Of a DNA stretch of 64,000 bases, positions 28,098 through 38,231 are shown piece after piece. The stretch is from a virus. The notes below the pieces were generated by a model, which worked only from the letters and a program-made list of their open reading frames with translations, was not told where the DNA came from and searched no databases. The translations under genes and the position numbers were made by a program. The stretch is from the IMG/VR virus record IMGVR_UViG_3300042731_004843, positions 44,146 to 108,145 of that record; one strand, written 5' to 3'. The first letter of the stretch is position 1. Each line of letters starts with the position of its first letter.

Positions 28098-29927
28098 ATG
28101 TCCATAGTATCGCTAGACGAAGTGAAGTTGATCAGGTCCGCTAAGACCATGCCACTTCTCTACTCGGCGGACGGCGGAATCAAAGAGCCGTGGTTCGACT
28201 ACGATGAGGAGGGCATACCCACTGATTTTGGTCTGGATCTCGAGCCCCCTGACGTATCCCCGGAAGAGTTGGCGGAAATCGATCCCGACACGTTTATCTA
28301 CGACGTGTCGCCCTCCCAGTTCGCGGAGACGGCCATCAGAGTGCCCGAGGCTGGCCGGGTCACGGACTTCAAGTTCGAGGGGCGCGAATACCTGCGCAGG
28401 GTCTACGACTCTGACTCTAGGAAGATACTACTGAAGTGTGGGCGTCAGGTTGAGAAGAGCACGACCCTAGGTAACAGGCTGCTCTGCTACTCATCCCTGA
28501 CCAATAACTTCCGCTGTCTGTTCGTGGCTCCCTCGGCTGAGCAGGCCAAGGTTTTCTCCAACGACCGCATCAAGGACGTCATCGATGCGTCGCCGCTACT
28601 CAAGGCGTACACTTCCAGTAAGATCAACCAGGCCGTCTTCTTCAAGAAGTTCATCAACTTCTCCCAGATCCGGCTGCGCTATGCGTACCTTACGGCTGAC
28701 CGTGTCCGTGGTATCCCCGCCGACCTGGTTACCATTGACGAGATCCAGGACATCCTGATCGACAACATCCCGGTCATTGAGCAGTGTGCCTTCCACTCTC
28801 CCTACAAGTTGTTCCTCTACTCAGGCACTCCGAAGTCGATGGACAACACGATCGAGTTCTACTGGAACGAGTTCTCCACGCAGAACGAATGGGTAGTACC
28901 CTGTGAGCGGCACGGCACGCCCAACGACTCCAGCTCCTGGCATTGGAATGTTCTTACCGAGCGCAACATAGGTAAGAAGGGCCTAGTGTGCGACCGGTGC
29001 AAAGAGCCGATCAACGCACAGCACCCCATGGCGCGTTGGGCTGCCCTCAATCCGGTACACGAAGAGAACAAGTCCAAAGTCACTTTTGAGGGGTACCGCG
29101 TCCCGCAGATCATGGTGCCGTGGGTGGACTGGCCGGAGGTACTCCAGGCGCAAGAGCAATACCCCAGAGCCCAGTTCATGAACGAGAAGCTGGGCATGTC
29201 CTACGACTCTGGGGTGCGCCCCATCACTAGGGCACAACTTAAAGCCTGCTGCCAGCCCAGCATCCGGATGGGAGATATCGAGCACTTCAAGCAGATCGCA
29301 CAAGGTACACGGATATGGGCCGGGATCGACTGGGGGCCGGGGGAGAACGCCTCGTTTACGTGCATAGCATTCGGCGGGTACATGGGTACCGGCGTGTTCA
29401 ACATCTTCTGGGTCCATCGCTTCACTGGACCGGACCTCGAGCCTGAGAGACAGCTAGACCTGATCTCTCAGATGCTTTCCCAACTGAATGTTCAGTTGGC
29501 CGGCGTGGACTATGGCGGGGGCTTCTACCAGAATGATGCGCTGATCCGTCGCTTTGGACCGGCCAGGGTACAGAAGTTCCAGTACAACCCCCGACAAAAG
29601 AAGAAGGTCTACTGGGAGCAGAACCTGCTGCGGTGGATGTGCCACCGCTCCGAGGTGATGAGCGACGTCTTCAATGCCATGAAGCAGCAGAAGATAGCGC
29701 TACCTAACTGGGATGAGTTCTGTGACCCCTACGGCCAGGACATCCTGAACATCTTCAGTGAATTCAATGAGCGTCTGAGGATGATCGAATACAAGAAGGC
29801 CCCGGGCAAGACGGATGACGCCTTCCACTGCATCCTCTACTGCTTGCTGGCTTCTATGATCCAGAACCCGAGGCCGGACATCATCACGCCTATGAAGGAA
29901 GAGGGAATCCCGCAGCACCATGGCTAA
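28098..29927 (+). CDS. terminase large subunit (GpA-like ATPase + RNase H nuclease)
   Basis: KCGRQVEKST, RVRGIPAD..TIDEIQD, SGTPK, Zn ribbon, GIDWG, VDYGGG, DDAFH. Confidence 0.9.
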   Translation: MSIVSLDEVKLIRSAKTMPLLYSADGGIKEPWFDYDEEGIPTDFGLDLEPPDVSPEELAEIDPDTFIYDVSPSQFAETAIRVPEAGRVTDFKFEGREYLRRVYDSDSRKILLKCGRQVEKSTTLGNRLLCYSSLTNNFRCLFVAPSAEQAKVFSNDRIKDVIDASPLLKAYTSSKINQAVFFKKFINFSQIRLRYAYLTADRVRGIPADLVTIDEIQDILIDNIPVIEQCAFHSPYKLFLYSGTPKSMDNTIEFYWNEFSTQNEWVVPCERHGTPNDSSSWHWNVLTERNIGKKGLVCDRCKEPINAQHPMARWAALNPVHEENKSKVTFEGYRVPQIMVPWVDWPEVLQAQEQYPRAQFMNEKLGMSYDSGVRPITRAQLKACCQPSIRMGDIEHFKQIAQGTRIWAGIDWGPGENASFTCIAFGGYMGTGVFNIFWVHRFTGPDLEPERQLDLISQMLSQLNVQLAGVDYGGGFYQNDALIRRFGPARVQKFQYNPRQKKKVYWEQNLLRWMCHRSEVMSDVFNAMKQQKIALPNWDEFCDPYGQDILNIFSEFNERLRMIEYKKAPGKTDDAFHCILYCLLASMIQNPRPDIITPMKEEGIPQHHG

Positions 29928-29957
29928 AGAAAGACAGGGGCGCGCCCCTGTCTTTCT
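29928..29957. terminator. 30-bp perfect palindrome between convergent genes; probable bidirectional terminator
   Basis: agaaagacaggggcg|cgcccctgtctttct. Confidence 0.7.
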
Positions 29958-29962
29958 ACCTG

Positions 29963-30214
29963 CTAGCCGCCGAAGATCTTGCCGACGACCCACTTGCCTC
30001 CGCGGTACAGGCCGTAGCCAATGGCGGCACGGCCTGCAATGCCCACCCCGGCCTCCGCCTTGTTGCCAACACCAGGTTTGGCGAAGTGTTTGAAGGGGTG
30101 GAAGATGGCGACATCGAGGATCCCCAACCGCTCACTGGCTTCGAGCCGGCGATTCAGGTCTTCGATCTGTCGTCCCTGCGCCTCGACAGTTTCGTGAAGG
30201 TTCTTGTCGCTCAA
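29963..30214 (-). CDS. small hypothetical protein (coiled coil + amphipathic C-terminus)
   Basis: AAGGAG SD, upstream GGGATAAG motif. Confidence 0.65.
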   Translation of the reverse strand: MSDKNLHETVEAQGRQIEDLNRRLEASERLGILDVAIFHPFKHFAKPGVGNKAEAGVGIAGRAAIGYGLYRGGKWVVGKIFGG

Positions 30215-30289
30215 AACAATTCTCCTTGCAAGGGGTTACTGGACTGCAGTCCTTGGCCCCTTCCTTATCCCACAGTATTGATCAGTTTT

Positions 30290-30790
30290 TTAGTCGAGCT
30301 CTAGCTCGCCGTCCTTGAGCAGGATCTTGGCTTTCTCTGGTAGGTCGTCTGGGTATCTCTTGCACATGATCACGGCAACATCACGTACCATACGCCTCCC
30401 CTTCTCCAGTGTGGCGTACAGGTGCTGCAGTCCGATGTCACTGCCCAGGTCTTTGTGTTGTCGTATCGACGTCATCATCTTGATGGCGAGGTGGTAGAAC
30501 GGTTCCCAGGTGTGGTTGTAGTCCACGATGCCCTGTAGCCTCACCATCTCGTACTCTGACAGCTGTAGAAACAGCTCGGCCCAGCGTTCTATGGCTTCTG
30601 GAGGAAGCTGGGAGGGGGTCAGTCCTAGTAGCTGTACCGCGTCCCGATAGTACTTGAGCAGCTCTTCATTGGATACAGACCGAAGAGGGGACAGATCTAA
30701 CCCGTTGATGCGTAGCAGGAACTCTACCTGCTTTTCCAGCTTACCTACACGAGCTTGCAGCAGTGCTAGTTCCTGGTCCATGCTTCCCAC
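30290..30790 (-). CDS. hypothetical protein
   Basis: Coding-like ORF downstream of a sigma70-like promoter. Confidence 0.7.
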   Translation of the reverse strand: MGSMDQELALLQARVGKLEKQVEFLLRINGLDLSPLRSVSNEELLKYYRDAVQLLGLTPSQLPPEAIERWAELFLQLSEYEMVRLQGIVDYNHTWEPFYHLAIKMMTSIRQHKDLGSDIGLQHLYATLEKGRRMVRDVAVIMCKRYPDDLPEKAKILLKDGELELD

Positions 30791-30811
30791 CTGTGGTGCA
30801 TCGTGGTACCA

Positions 30812-30880
30812 ATACTATGTCGTCCCCAGGCGTCCTTCAACCTGGGTATGTTGACAGTACCGGAAGCACGCACCTATGAT
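30812..30880. promoter_or_regulatory. divergent sigma70-like promoters
   Basis: Plus: TTGACA(30851)-N18-TATGAT(30875-30880); minus: TTGAAG(30840)-N17-TAGTAT(30817-30812). Confidence 0.65.
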
Positions 30881-30897
30881 TGACCAGAGGTGAGCAG

Positions 30898-31815
30898 ATG
30901 AGCGATCCCAGTGCTATCCCCCTGGGCCTGCAGCAGCAAGAGGCCGCCAGAAATATTGATCCGGAACAGCTAGAGATGATGGGTAAGAGGGCGGCAGCTC
31001 TGTACACACAGGGTACGCCACTCAACGAGGCCGTCGTCTCGATAGTGAAGGAGGCACGGCTGGCGCCTGAACAGGTCAAGAGGGTGTGCGAATTCGCCAA
31101 TACCTCGGCTTATCTAGAGGAGTTCGAGAAGGCCGGGGAGGTCAGGAACGTGGAGTTCCAGGGTGGTCTGGCTGACCCGGGGGTGGTGCTGAAGGAGCTC
31201 AATGATGGCTCGGTGCCAGCTGTGCACCAGGTCTCCACGGAAGACTATGCTCCCCCCTCCGGATCCTACAAGACCGCTAGCGCTGATGTGTCCCTCCTGG
31301 CTGAGGCCTTCGGAGCGGTAGCAGGCCTGGAAAAGACCGCTAGCGTGAACCACTCTTCCCGAGCAAATCCAGTAGAGGCCGTCCATGATCTACGTGTGCG
31401 GCTGGAGGGTGCACGGGATCATTTGATGAGCAAGCTCTCCTCCTCAGAGATCGTCCTCAATGAGGCCAAGATCTTACTGAAGGAGGCGGCCGCCGAGGCA
31501 GTGCTGCAGGGCATGCCGATGGGAGATATCGTCCGGGCCTGGTGCAACTACGGTGACGCCAATCAGATCAAAGAGGCGACGGTCATGGTCAGGGACCATC
31601 TCCGTGCCCGTAGGATACTAGGGGCCGAACAGTTCGCGGAGTCCATGTCCAAGGAGGCCTCTGCCGGAGTCATCGCCAACCCGGAGCACCCACTGGTGGA
31701 CAACTTCCTAGTGCTCAATAAGATCGCCTTCGAGCATGCGAAGCTCGAGGAGGGCGTACGTATCCTTGGCGACCGTCTGGGAGACGTGCAGTCCTCACTT
31801 AGAGGGCTACTATGA
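30898..31815 (+). CDS. putative head/virion protein
   Basis: GAGG SD; EKAG, KTAS, EKTAS, KEAS sites. Confidence 0.7.
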   Translation: MSDPSAIPLGLQQQEAARNIDPEQLEMMGKRAAALYTQGTPLNEAVVSIVKEARLAPEQVKRVCEFANTSAYLEEFEKAGEVRNVEFQGGLADPGVVLKELNDGSVPAVHQVSTEDYAPPSGSYKTASADVSLLAEAFGAVAGLEKTASVNHSSRANPVEAVHDLRVRLEGARDHLMSKLSSSEIVLNEAKILLKEAAAEAVLQGMPMGDIVRAWCNYGDANQIKEATVMVRDHLRARRILGAEQFAESMSKEASAGVIANPEHPLVDNFLVLNKIAFEHAKLEEGVRILGDRLGDVQSSLRGLL

Positions 31816-32123
31816 GCATGGAGAAGGTAGCGCGCGCCTTCCAGATCTTGCAGGGTATGGAGAAGATGGGCGTGAACATCCTTGGCGGCCTGTCCGAAGC
31901 CGCCAAGTCGTTTGACGCGCTCGGTAAAGGCATGGCCGGGGCCCTAAAGGCTCGAGGGCATGAGACGGCAGCTGGTGTTGCGCGTGTGTTGCCCTACGTG
32001 GGAGCAGCCTACGCCGGGAAGAAAGCGTACGAGTCCGGCCCGGCTCAGCGGGTGCGTGCGTGGCACCAGCGGAGACAGTACGAGAAGGCCATGCGGCAGG
32101 CTCAGCAAGGAGGCTACTACTGA
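31812..32123 (+). CDS. small amphipathic putative virion protein
   Basis: MSMEKVA...EKMG leader, hydrophobic helix followed by basic tail. Confidence 0.7.
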   Translation: MSMEKVARAFQILQGMEKMGVNILGGLSEAAKSFDALGKGMAGALKARGHETAAGVARVLPYVGAAYAGKKAYESGPAQRVRAWHQRRQYEKAMRQAQQGGYY

Positions 32124-32845
32124 TGTCCAATCCAGTAGACGAATTCCTGCAGATGAAAGAGAAGCAGGCTGGGTTCCTGTCCAACTTGGGCAAAGCCATG
32201 AGAGGGCTAGGACAGGCATTTAAGGGCGGGCTGGCACAGGAGACGTTGAAGGCCGACACCACACTGACTATGGGACAGGCACTAGCCCGAGGTGCGGGGC
32301 AAGCGCTGCTTCCAGCTGCCGTCACGGCCGCAGCTGCCGGCATAGCCACGGGAGCAAGCAGGGGGATAGGCGCAGTGATGGATCGGTTTGGTAAGGCTAA
32401 GGACTACCAGGCCATGATGCAGGTACACCCCACCTTGCGGGACAAAGATCCTGGACAGGCACAACTCTACTTCAACTCTTTGCGCAGCACGGCACCTACA
32501 CTGGCGAAAGACCCACTAGTTGCGGGGTCTTTCGTGCGGAACATGATGGAGCTGCAGCCCTCAGAAGGTCCGGCCGTACCGTTGGCTACTACCAAGCTGC
32601 TGGCAGATGCGCAGAAGTCTTTGTCGCAGGCTCGTGGTGGCCGCGGCCCGATCGCAGAGGCGTTCATGACTGGCCGCTCACCTATGTTTGAGATGCCCAG
32701 GCAGCAACCTGAGCGCCCACAACTAGTTGGTGAGAGGCGTTTCGGCCCGATTCCTGGGGAGAAGATCTACGAGGAGGGCAAGATCGTAGGCCAAAAGCCG
32801 TCCACATGGGGTCCGGTGGGAGAAACCGTGAAGGACTACGGCTAG
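32123..32845 (+). CDS. putative virion protein with KQA leader
   Basis: MSNPVDEFLQMKEKQA|GFLSNLGKAMRGLGQAFKGG; AAGGAGG SD. Confidence 0.75.
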   Translation: MSNPVDEFLQMKEKQAGFLSNLGKAMRGLGQAFKGGLAQETLKADTTLTMGQALARGAGQALLPAAVTAAAAGIATGASRGIGAVMDRFGKAKDYQAMMQVHPTLRDKDPGQAQLYFNSLRSTAPTLAKDPLVAGSFVRNMMELQPSEGPAVPLATTKLLADAQKSLSQARGGRGPIAEAFMTGRSPMFEMPRQQPERPQLVGERRFGPIPGEKIYEEGKIVGQKPSTWGPVGETVKDYG

Positions 32846-32848
32846 CCT

Positions 32849-34894
32849 ATGATCGTCAAGGTCTGCCAGTTCAAGGCTCGACGAGAACGAGGTGAGCGTC
32901 TCGTTGAAGTCTTCCAGCCCGGAGACATGGAGAAGGCGGCCGCCTTCTTTGGTGGGGAGCAGCAGTCTGCCGTGGGGCACCCGTACAGGGGTGGTATGGC
33001 TAAGACCGCGGCGCCCATGTTGCCCGAGGTGCAGGCCTACCTAGAAAAGTTACGCCCCGATTCCAACAGAATCTACGTCCTCGTCAATGCCCTTGGAGCT
33101 GGAGAGTTCTGGGGCTCGAACATCAACGGGGACTACTTCCCTGAAGCCTCCTTGATCCACAAAGGCCCAGTCTACGGGTACGAAACCTTCTATGGGGCCT
33201 TCCCTTACAAACACCATGTCAACAAGGACCCCAGCAGGTCCTTCGGTAAGGTGGAGCTAGCCGTCTGGAATGACCGCATGAAGCGTGTAGAGCTCGTGGT
33301 CATGATCGACAGGGCTCTGGCCGCAAGGTTCGGTGCGCAGGATGTCTGCGACAAACTGGACCATGGGCTGTTCCCAGACGTCAGCATGGGGTGCAAGGTA
33401 CCCTACGACCTCTGCTCCAAGTGCCTAGACTGGGAGAAGTACCGCCGGGCACAGTCCACCTTTGATCCTACTCGCCACCGTTCGGTGGGGGCCGCCGTAC
33501 TGGAGTTCCACAAGAAGAATCCTATCCGTGGGCTCTCTGTCACTCGCGATGACTACTGTGAGCACCTCAAGACGATGCTCAACCGCATCCTTGGGGACGG
33601 TGTTAAGGTCTACGCGATCAACGACTACCCCCGCTTCTTCGACATCTCGTTCGTGTTCATAGGCGCGGACAAGACAGCAAAAGTCATGGCAAAGTTGGCT
33701 TCGGCACATACTGGGGGGGCCATATATGTTGTCGAGCCATCTTGGCAGGTGGCGGAGAATCTGGGGTACGAGCAGCCCTCCACGGAGAAGGAGCTCGAGC
33801 TGGAGAAGGCGGCCGCCGTGCAGTGGATCGCACGTGGAGGTCCCAAGCTCCGGCAGGCAGCTAGAACCGTGACGAAGGGGGTTCGGGGTAAAGCTACGAC
33901 AGTCAAGGAGATCGGGGGAGAAGCAGCCGAACGTGTCCTGGAGCGTAAAATGGAGCGCACGAAGGGCAAGGAGAAGCTGTCAGGCATCGAGGCGGTGCTG
34001 GCCAAGCTGCAAGAAAAAAGGGCTTCCCAGTCCAAGGGCGCGGAGATTATAAAGGAAGTCGTTCCGACACAATTCGGTAGTAAGGCTGTGCCTTTGGAAG
34101 GATCAAAAAGACCAGATCTACCTGATGAGGTCCTAGACGCTCTGGGCGGATGTCCATTGAGCGAGGCCCTCTCCACTCCCACCACGATGGGCATGGTACT
34201 GAAGCCCCGCGAGTTCCAGCGCATCACCATCATCCATGTTGGCAAGAAGCCCCTGGCCGACGCACTGGACAAAGACGGGAAGTTGTTTGCTCCTGTAGAA
34301 GGATCGGACACCTCTGTACCAATGGGCGGAGAGCACTTCAGCGAGATGCTGAAGAAGCTCCTGTTGCCGTTTCTCGAAGATCGCAGCTGCCTAGAGCCCA
34401 TCGCCAAGCGCAGACTCATCCGGGTCACGGTCGGCAAGCAGCCGGAGCACGAAGACCCGGATCGGGAATATGTGCAAGATGACCCCTTCCTACAGAAGAT
34501 CTCCTCAGCCTATAATGGCTACCTAGATCGCTTCGTGGACTGTTGGAGGGACGCGCCAGTGATCGTAGATCAGCACGCTGATCTTTGGGAGGCGGTGTTC
34601 AGGGAGGGCGTGGGAGACGGCTTCTCGAAGGAGGCTGCGGGTACAAGGGTGAATCCGGCTGTGGTTTTGGCAGGTATCGGGGCCGGATACGGACTGAGCG
34701 AGTACGCACGATGGCAGCGAGAAAAAGCCAGGATGGGGAGTCGGGCGCCAGTGGGTCCTGTCATGGACACGCTAGCGGAGTACCCGAAGCTCTTGGCAGC
34801 GCTGGGCGGTCTCGCTGCTTTAAAACAACAAGGTTCCAAAATCCCGGACAGATTGTTCCACGGCATCAAAGGTGCGATCACGATGGGTAAATAG
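32849..34894 (+). CDS. prohead maturation protease (HK97/assemblin-type fold) with C-terminal extension
   Basis: NINGDYFP, KHH (His), VSMGC (Ser), FFDISFV..GADKTA; upstream of scaffold and MCP. Confidence 0.75.
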   Translation: MIVKVCQFKARRERGERLVEVFQPGDMEKAAAFFGGEQQSAVGHPYRGGMAKTAAPMLPEVQAYLEKLRPDSNRIYVLVNALGAGEFWGSNINGDYFPEASLIHKGPVYGYETFYGAFPYKHHVNKDPSRSFGKVELAVWNDRMKRVELVVMIDRALAARFGAQDVCDKLDHGLFPDVSMGCKVPYDLCSKCLDWEKYRRAQSTFDPTRHRSVGAAVLEFHKKNPIRGLSVTRDDYCEHLKTMLNRILGDGVKVYAINDYPRFFDISFVFIGADKTAKVMAKLASAHTGGAIYVVEPSWQVAENLGYEQPSTEKELELEKAAAVQWIARGGPKLRQAARTVTKGVRGKATTVKEIGGEAAERVLERKMERTKGKEKLSGIEAVLAKLQEKRASQSKGAEIIKEVVPTQFGSKAVPLEGSKRPDLPDEVLDALGGCPLSEALSTPTTMGMVLKPREFQRITIIHVGKKPLADALDKDGKLFAPVEGSDTSVPMGGEHFSEMLKKLLLPFLEDRSCLEPIAKRRLIRVTVGKQPEHEDPDREYVQDDPFLQKISSAYNGYLDRFVDCWRDAPVIVDQHADLWEAVFREGVGDGFSKEAAGTRVNPAVVLAGIGAGYGLSEYARWQREKARMGSRAPVGPVMDTLAEYPKLLAALGGLAALKQQGSKIPDRLFHGIKGAITMGK

Positions 34895-34979
34895 TCTCGG
34901 TGATCGTCAGAGGCGTTGACACCTCGAGGACACGGCTCACCGGCTGAGAGAGAACGAAACCGAGATCAAGGAGAAGACA

Positions 34980-35618
34980 ATGGACGAGCAACTCGCACAG
35001 ATCTACGGCACCGGACAGCCCGTGGCCCACGATGAGGAAGACCTTCAGAAGACCGCGGCCGCTGAGCTGCTGGTCAAGCTGGCTGAATCAAATGGCGTCT
35101 CTCTGGATCAGTTCTCTGATGAGGACATCCAGGGGATGATCACCGAGCTGTACCAGGACAAGGAAGCCGCGTCCAAGTGCAGTGAGGGTATGCCGCCCTT
35201 CCCGCCCAAGAAGGACGAGAAGGAAGACAAGAAGGACAAGGGTGAGGACGAGGGCGACGAGAAGAAGGAGAAGGAAGCTCAGGCCAAGTTCGCAGAGGCC
35301 GACTTCCTGGGCCGCGTCATGGCGCACGCCATGGTGCAGGAGCTCAACAACATCGACAAGACGGCATCGCCCCAGCAGCAAGAGAAGCAGGCGGCAGCTC
35401 CCGAGCAAGGAGCTGCCCTGGAGCAGCTCGCTCAGCAGCGTGCGTGGGAGATGGCCAAAGAGGCCGGCTACGTGGATGAGCAGGGCAACCTAATCACCCC
35501 GCAGCAGCCACCGAAAGAGAAGACTTCCGCCCTGAAGCAGGCCGTGGATTTCCGCGCTCTCCAGCTCTTGGAGGAGGCGGGTCTGCCTGTCGAGTGGAAG
35601 GATCAAGGCAAGGAGTAG
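34980..35618 (+). CDS. putative scaffold/internal head protein
   Basis: Acidic, low complexity, many KxA sites. Confidence 0.7.
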   Translation: MDEQLAQIYGTGQPVAHDEEDLQKTAAAELLVKLAESNGVSLDQFSDEDIQGMITELYQDKEAASKCSEGMPPFPPKKDEKEDKKDKGEDEGDEKKEKEAQAKFAEADFLGRVMAHAMVQELNNIDKTASPQQQEKQAAAPEQGAALEQLAQQRAWEMAKEAGYVDEQGNLITPQQPPKEKTSALKQAVDFRALQLLEEAGLPVEWKDQGKE

Positions 35619-35637
35619 TAGGATAGGGGCGTAGGCC

Positions 35638-35946
35638 GTGCAAGGTATTAACATGTCGGCGTTTTATCAGGAGATCGAGAAGATCGCGGCTCAGGCCAGG
35701 TCTTCTACTAGCGTGTGGTCGTCCAAGACAGTTGGGGCGGCCCGCTCTAAGTCTACCGGGCAGCAGACTGCCAAGGCGCCGACCACTCCTAGCAGCCTAA
35801 ACGTCAAGATCCCCTCGCCCGGTAAATACGGGCCGAGACAAAACTACTCTCAACCGAACGTCGTGACCGCACCTCCGGCCAACCCCATGCAGGGAGCGGG
35901 AGCACGCAATACCCCGCCACCTAATGTGGTTTTCGGTGTGCGGTAA
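35638..35946 (+). CDS. small putative virion protein with AFYQEIEKIA leader
   Basis: Shared leader motif. Confidence 0.7.
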   Translation: MQGINMSAFYQEIEKIAAQARSSTSVWSSKTVGAARSKSTGQQTAKAPTTPSSLNVKIPSPGKYGPRQNYSQPNVVTAPPANPMQGAGARNTPPPNVVFGVR

Positions 35947-35959
35947 CAAGGAGGCCCAA

Positions 35960-37309
35960 ATGGAGTTCACGCTTCAAGAGCTCGTTCAGCAGACGCTGGC
36001 CGAAGCCGAAAATCGGGTAAAGACGGCCGCGGCCGCCAAGCCCGAGGATGAGAAGCAGGGGTCTCCGGCTAAGACGGATCCTTCGAACACTCCGAGCACT
36101 GCTCCGGAGCGTAACGAGGAAGGTATCAGCGAGAAGACCGCCACGGCGTTCGTGGAGAAACTAGCGAGCGCGGTGCAGTACCTCAACGAGAACTACCTCG
36201 AGAAGGATGCCGTCGGCAAGCCGGAGCCACCAACAGCCCACACCCCGCCACAGGCGGACTCGGGCGTCGGGGCGGGCAAAGGCACCGGCGCCATGCCTAC
36301 CAACGTGGACAAGCCCACTTCTGGTATGCAATCTGAGGAGACTGGCCAGGCCACTCCTCAGCAGCAGCCGCCAACCAACCCCGGACAAGACGTCAAGTCC
36401 CCCGGGCAGGTGAATCCAGCCACCGCCATGCAGACGGACATGAATGACCGTCCCGGCGGCTCGGAAGACTGGACCAACACGGACAAGATGAAGCAGGCAG
36501 GTCTGGCTGCATTGCGTGAGGCAGCAGCCAGTCAGACGAAAGAGGCCAAGGTCTACGACGTCGCTGCCAAAAAGGGCCTGGGCAGGGTCGGTCAGCTGTT
36601 GTCCGGCTCTCGCGCAAAGGGCCTGAAGCTGATGGAGCAGATGGGTGGGGCAGCCAAGGGCGCAGCCAAGTCTGAGGCCCGCAAGGTAATGGCCACCAGG
36701 GCCGGTGCCGGTGGCCTAGCTGCTGTAGGTGCCGGAGCGGCCGCTGCGAAGAAGCTCAAGGGCAAGAAAGACGAGTCCACCAAGGAAGCCCAAGTAGCTC
36801 GCATCCTCGACATCATGAGCAAGATGGCGGCGGACGCGGAGAACCCGGCAAAGATCGGTGCTAAGGCGACCAACCCGCACCAGTCCAGCCCGGAAGGGGC
36901 ATCTGAGTCCGAGAAGGACGTGCCCTCCCAGCCGGGAGAAGTGTCCAAGCAGGAATCGATGGTCGGCTCCAACCAGTCGGCTATCGACTACACCAAGGGT
37001 CAAGCGAAGGCCGTGGCCAAAGCACGGATGCGTGAGGTTCTAGACGAACCAGCTCAGAAGAAGTCGACGGACCCGGTCCTTCATAACAACCTCACTGCTA
37101 CTGGCAAGGCCGGTGTGAAGATCGCATCGCCCGAAGCCGGAGCGGCAGCGAGGGCCCTCCTCGAGAAGATCGCGGAGGAAGGGGCAAGCCCAGATGCAGG
37201 CCCCGAGCAGAAGGAGAGAGCTTCTAAGCTGCAGGAGCTCTTGCAGAATCGTCAGGAGTCCCAGCAGGGGGCCCTGGAACCCAACATGCCCGTTAGCGGC
37301 GGGTACTAG
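35960..37309 (+). CDS. putative scaffold/internal head protein
   Basis: AAGGAGG SD; about 10 KxA sites, disordered. Confidence 0.7.
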   Translation: MEFTLQELVQQTLAEAENRVKTAAAAKPEDEKQGSPAKTDPSNTPSTAPERNEEGISEKTATAFVEKLASAVQYLNENYLEKDAVGKPEPPTAHTPPQADSGVGAGKGTGAMPTNVDKPTSGMQSEETGQATPQQQPPTNPGQDVKSPGQVNPATAMQTDMNDRPGGSEDWTNTDKMKQAGLAALREAAASQTKEAKVYDVAAKKGLGRVGQLLSGSRAKGLKLMEQMGGAAKGAAKSEARKVMATRAGAGGLAAVGAGAAAAKKLKGKKDESTKEAQVARILDIMSKMAADAENPAKIGAKATNPHQSSPEGASESEKDVPSQPGEVSKQESMVGSNQSAIDYTKGQAKAVAKARMREVLDEPAQKKSTDPVLHNNLTATGKAGVKIASPEAGAAARALLEKIAEEGASPDAGPEQKERASKLQELLQNRQESQQGALEPNMPVSGGY

Positions 37310-37318
37310 GAGGACGCC

Positions 37319-37702
37319 ATGAGCAAAGAGAAGATCAGTGCAGCCCAGGCGGCTCAGGTCTACTCGGAGGTCCCGGGCGTACTTCGTGCCCTAGCTTCCG
37401 AGCGTGATGAGCTGCTCACCAAAGTAGCCGGCCTTCAAGAGAAGGTAACGGAGTACGAGGAGCGCGACCGCATCGAGAAGATCGCTCGAGCCATGGAGGA
37501 CAAGGGCATCGACCCGAGCACTTCCCTGGTGGAGAAGAGCGAGAGGATCAAAGAGGCCGCGCAGAAGGGCAGATCACTCGACGCTATCGAAGAGGCTGTC
37601 GAGATGACCGCTCCTAATGGCGAGCTGGCAAAGCTCGCTGAGGAGAGGCCGGGTAACGGTGTGTCTCAGCTTGAGGCTTACCTGACGGACGCCCAGTCCT
37701 AG
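37319..37702 (+). CDS. putative scaffold protein
   Basis: Coiled coil, EKIA/KVA/KLA sites, precedes capsid genes. Confidence 0.7.
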   Translation: MSKEKISAAQAAQVYSEVPGVLRALASERDELLTKVAGLQEKVTEYEERDRIEKIARAMEDKGIDPSTSLVEKSERIKEAAQKGRSLDAIEEAVEMTAPNGELAKLAEERPGNGVSQLEAYLTDAQS

Positions 37703-37730
37703 CAGCGACACGAACTGAGGGAGAAATCCG

Positions 37731-38180
37731 ATGGCAAACATTCACTTCGAGCTGGTCACCGAACTTCAGGGACTGATTCGCCGGGACTTTACCCTGGCGG
37801 ACAAGGCCCTGGCGAACCCGAACAACACGAACCCGCTGATCGATGGCGAGTTCCTGAGCCTCGATGCCGCGTACCATCTGGTACGTGCTGCCGATGGCGT
37901 GCTGGCATTCGCGCACTTCATGGAGCGGGGACGCTTCGACGTGCAGGCCTTGGGCAAGACCATGGTTCTGTTCGGCGGGACCTACGAGGCGGACACTCGC
38001 GTGTTCACCGCAACCGGCCTCACCCTGGGCGGCAAGCTCCAGGTCAGTGCGTCCGTAACTGTCGACGGCAAAACCAAGTCTGGAGTCGCCAACTACGCCG
38101 CAGGCGAGGTTGTTGGCTACGTGACGCGGCTGCCGGCAAACAACGGCGGGAAGCTCCGCTTCCTGCAGACCATGGTCTAG
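37731..38180 (+). CDS. putative capsid decoration/cement protein
   Basis: 149-aa beta-rich protein immediately upstream of MCP. Confidence 0.6.
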   Translation: MANIHFELVTELQGLIRRDFTLADKALANPNNTNPLIDGEFLSLDAAYHLVRAADGVLAFAHFMERGRFDVQALGKTMVLFGGTYEADTRVFTATGLTLGGKLQVSASVTVDGKTKSGVANYAAGEVVGYVTRLPANNGGKLRFLQTMV

Positions 38181-38231
38181 TCCACGGCTAGGCACAGCGA
38201 GGACCAAACCAAGGTACCAAGGAGAAAAACC

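Noticed and set aside
34915-34945. TTGACA upstream of 34980 as a promoter
   Set aside because: No plausible -10 at 16-18 nt spacing
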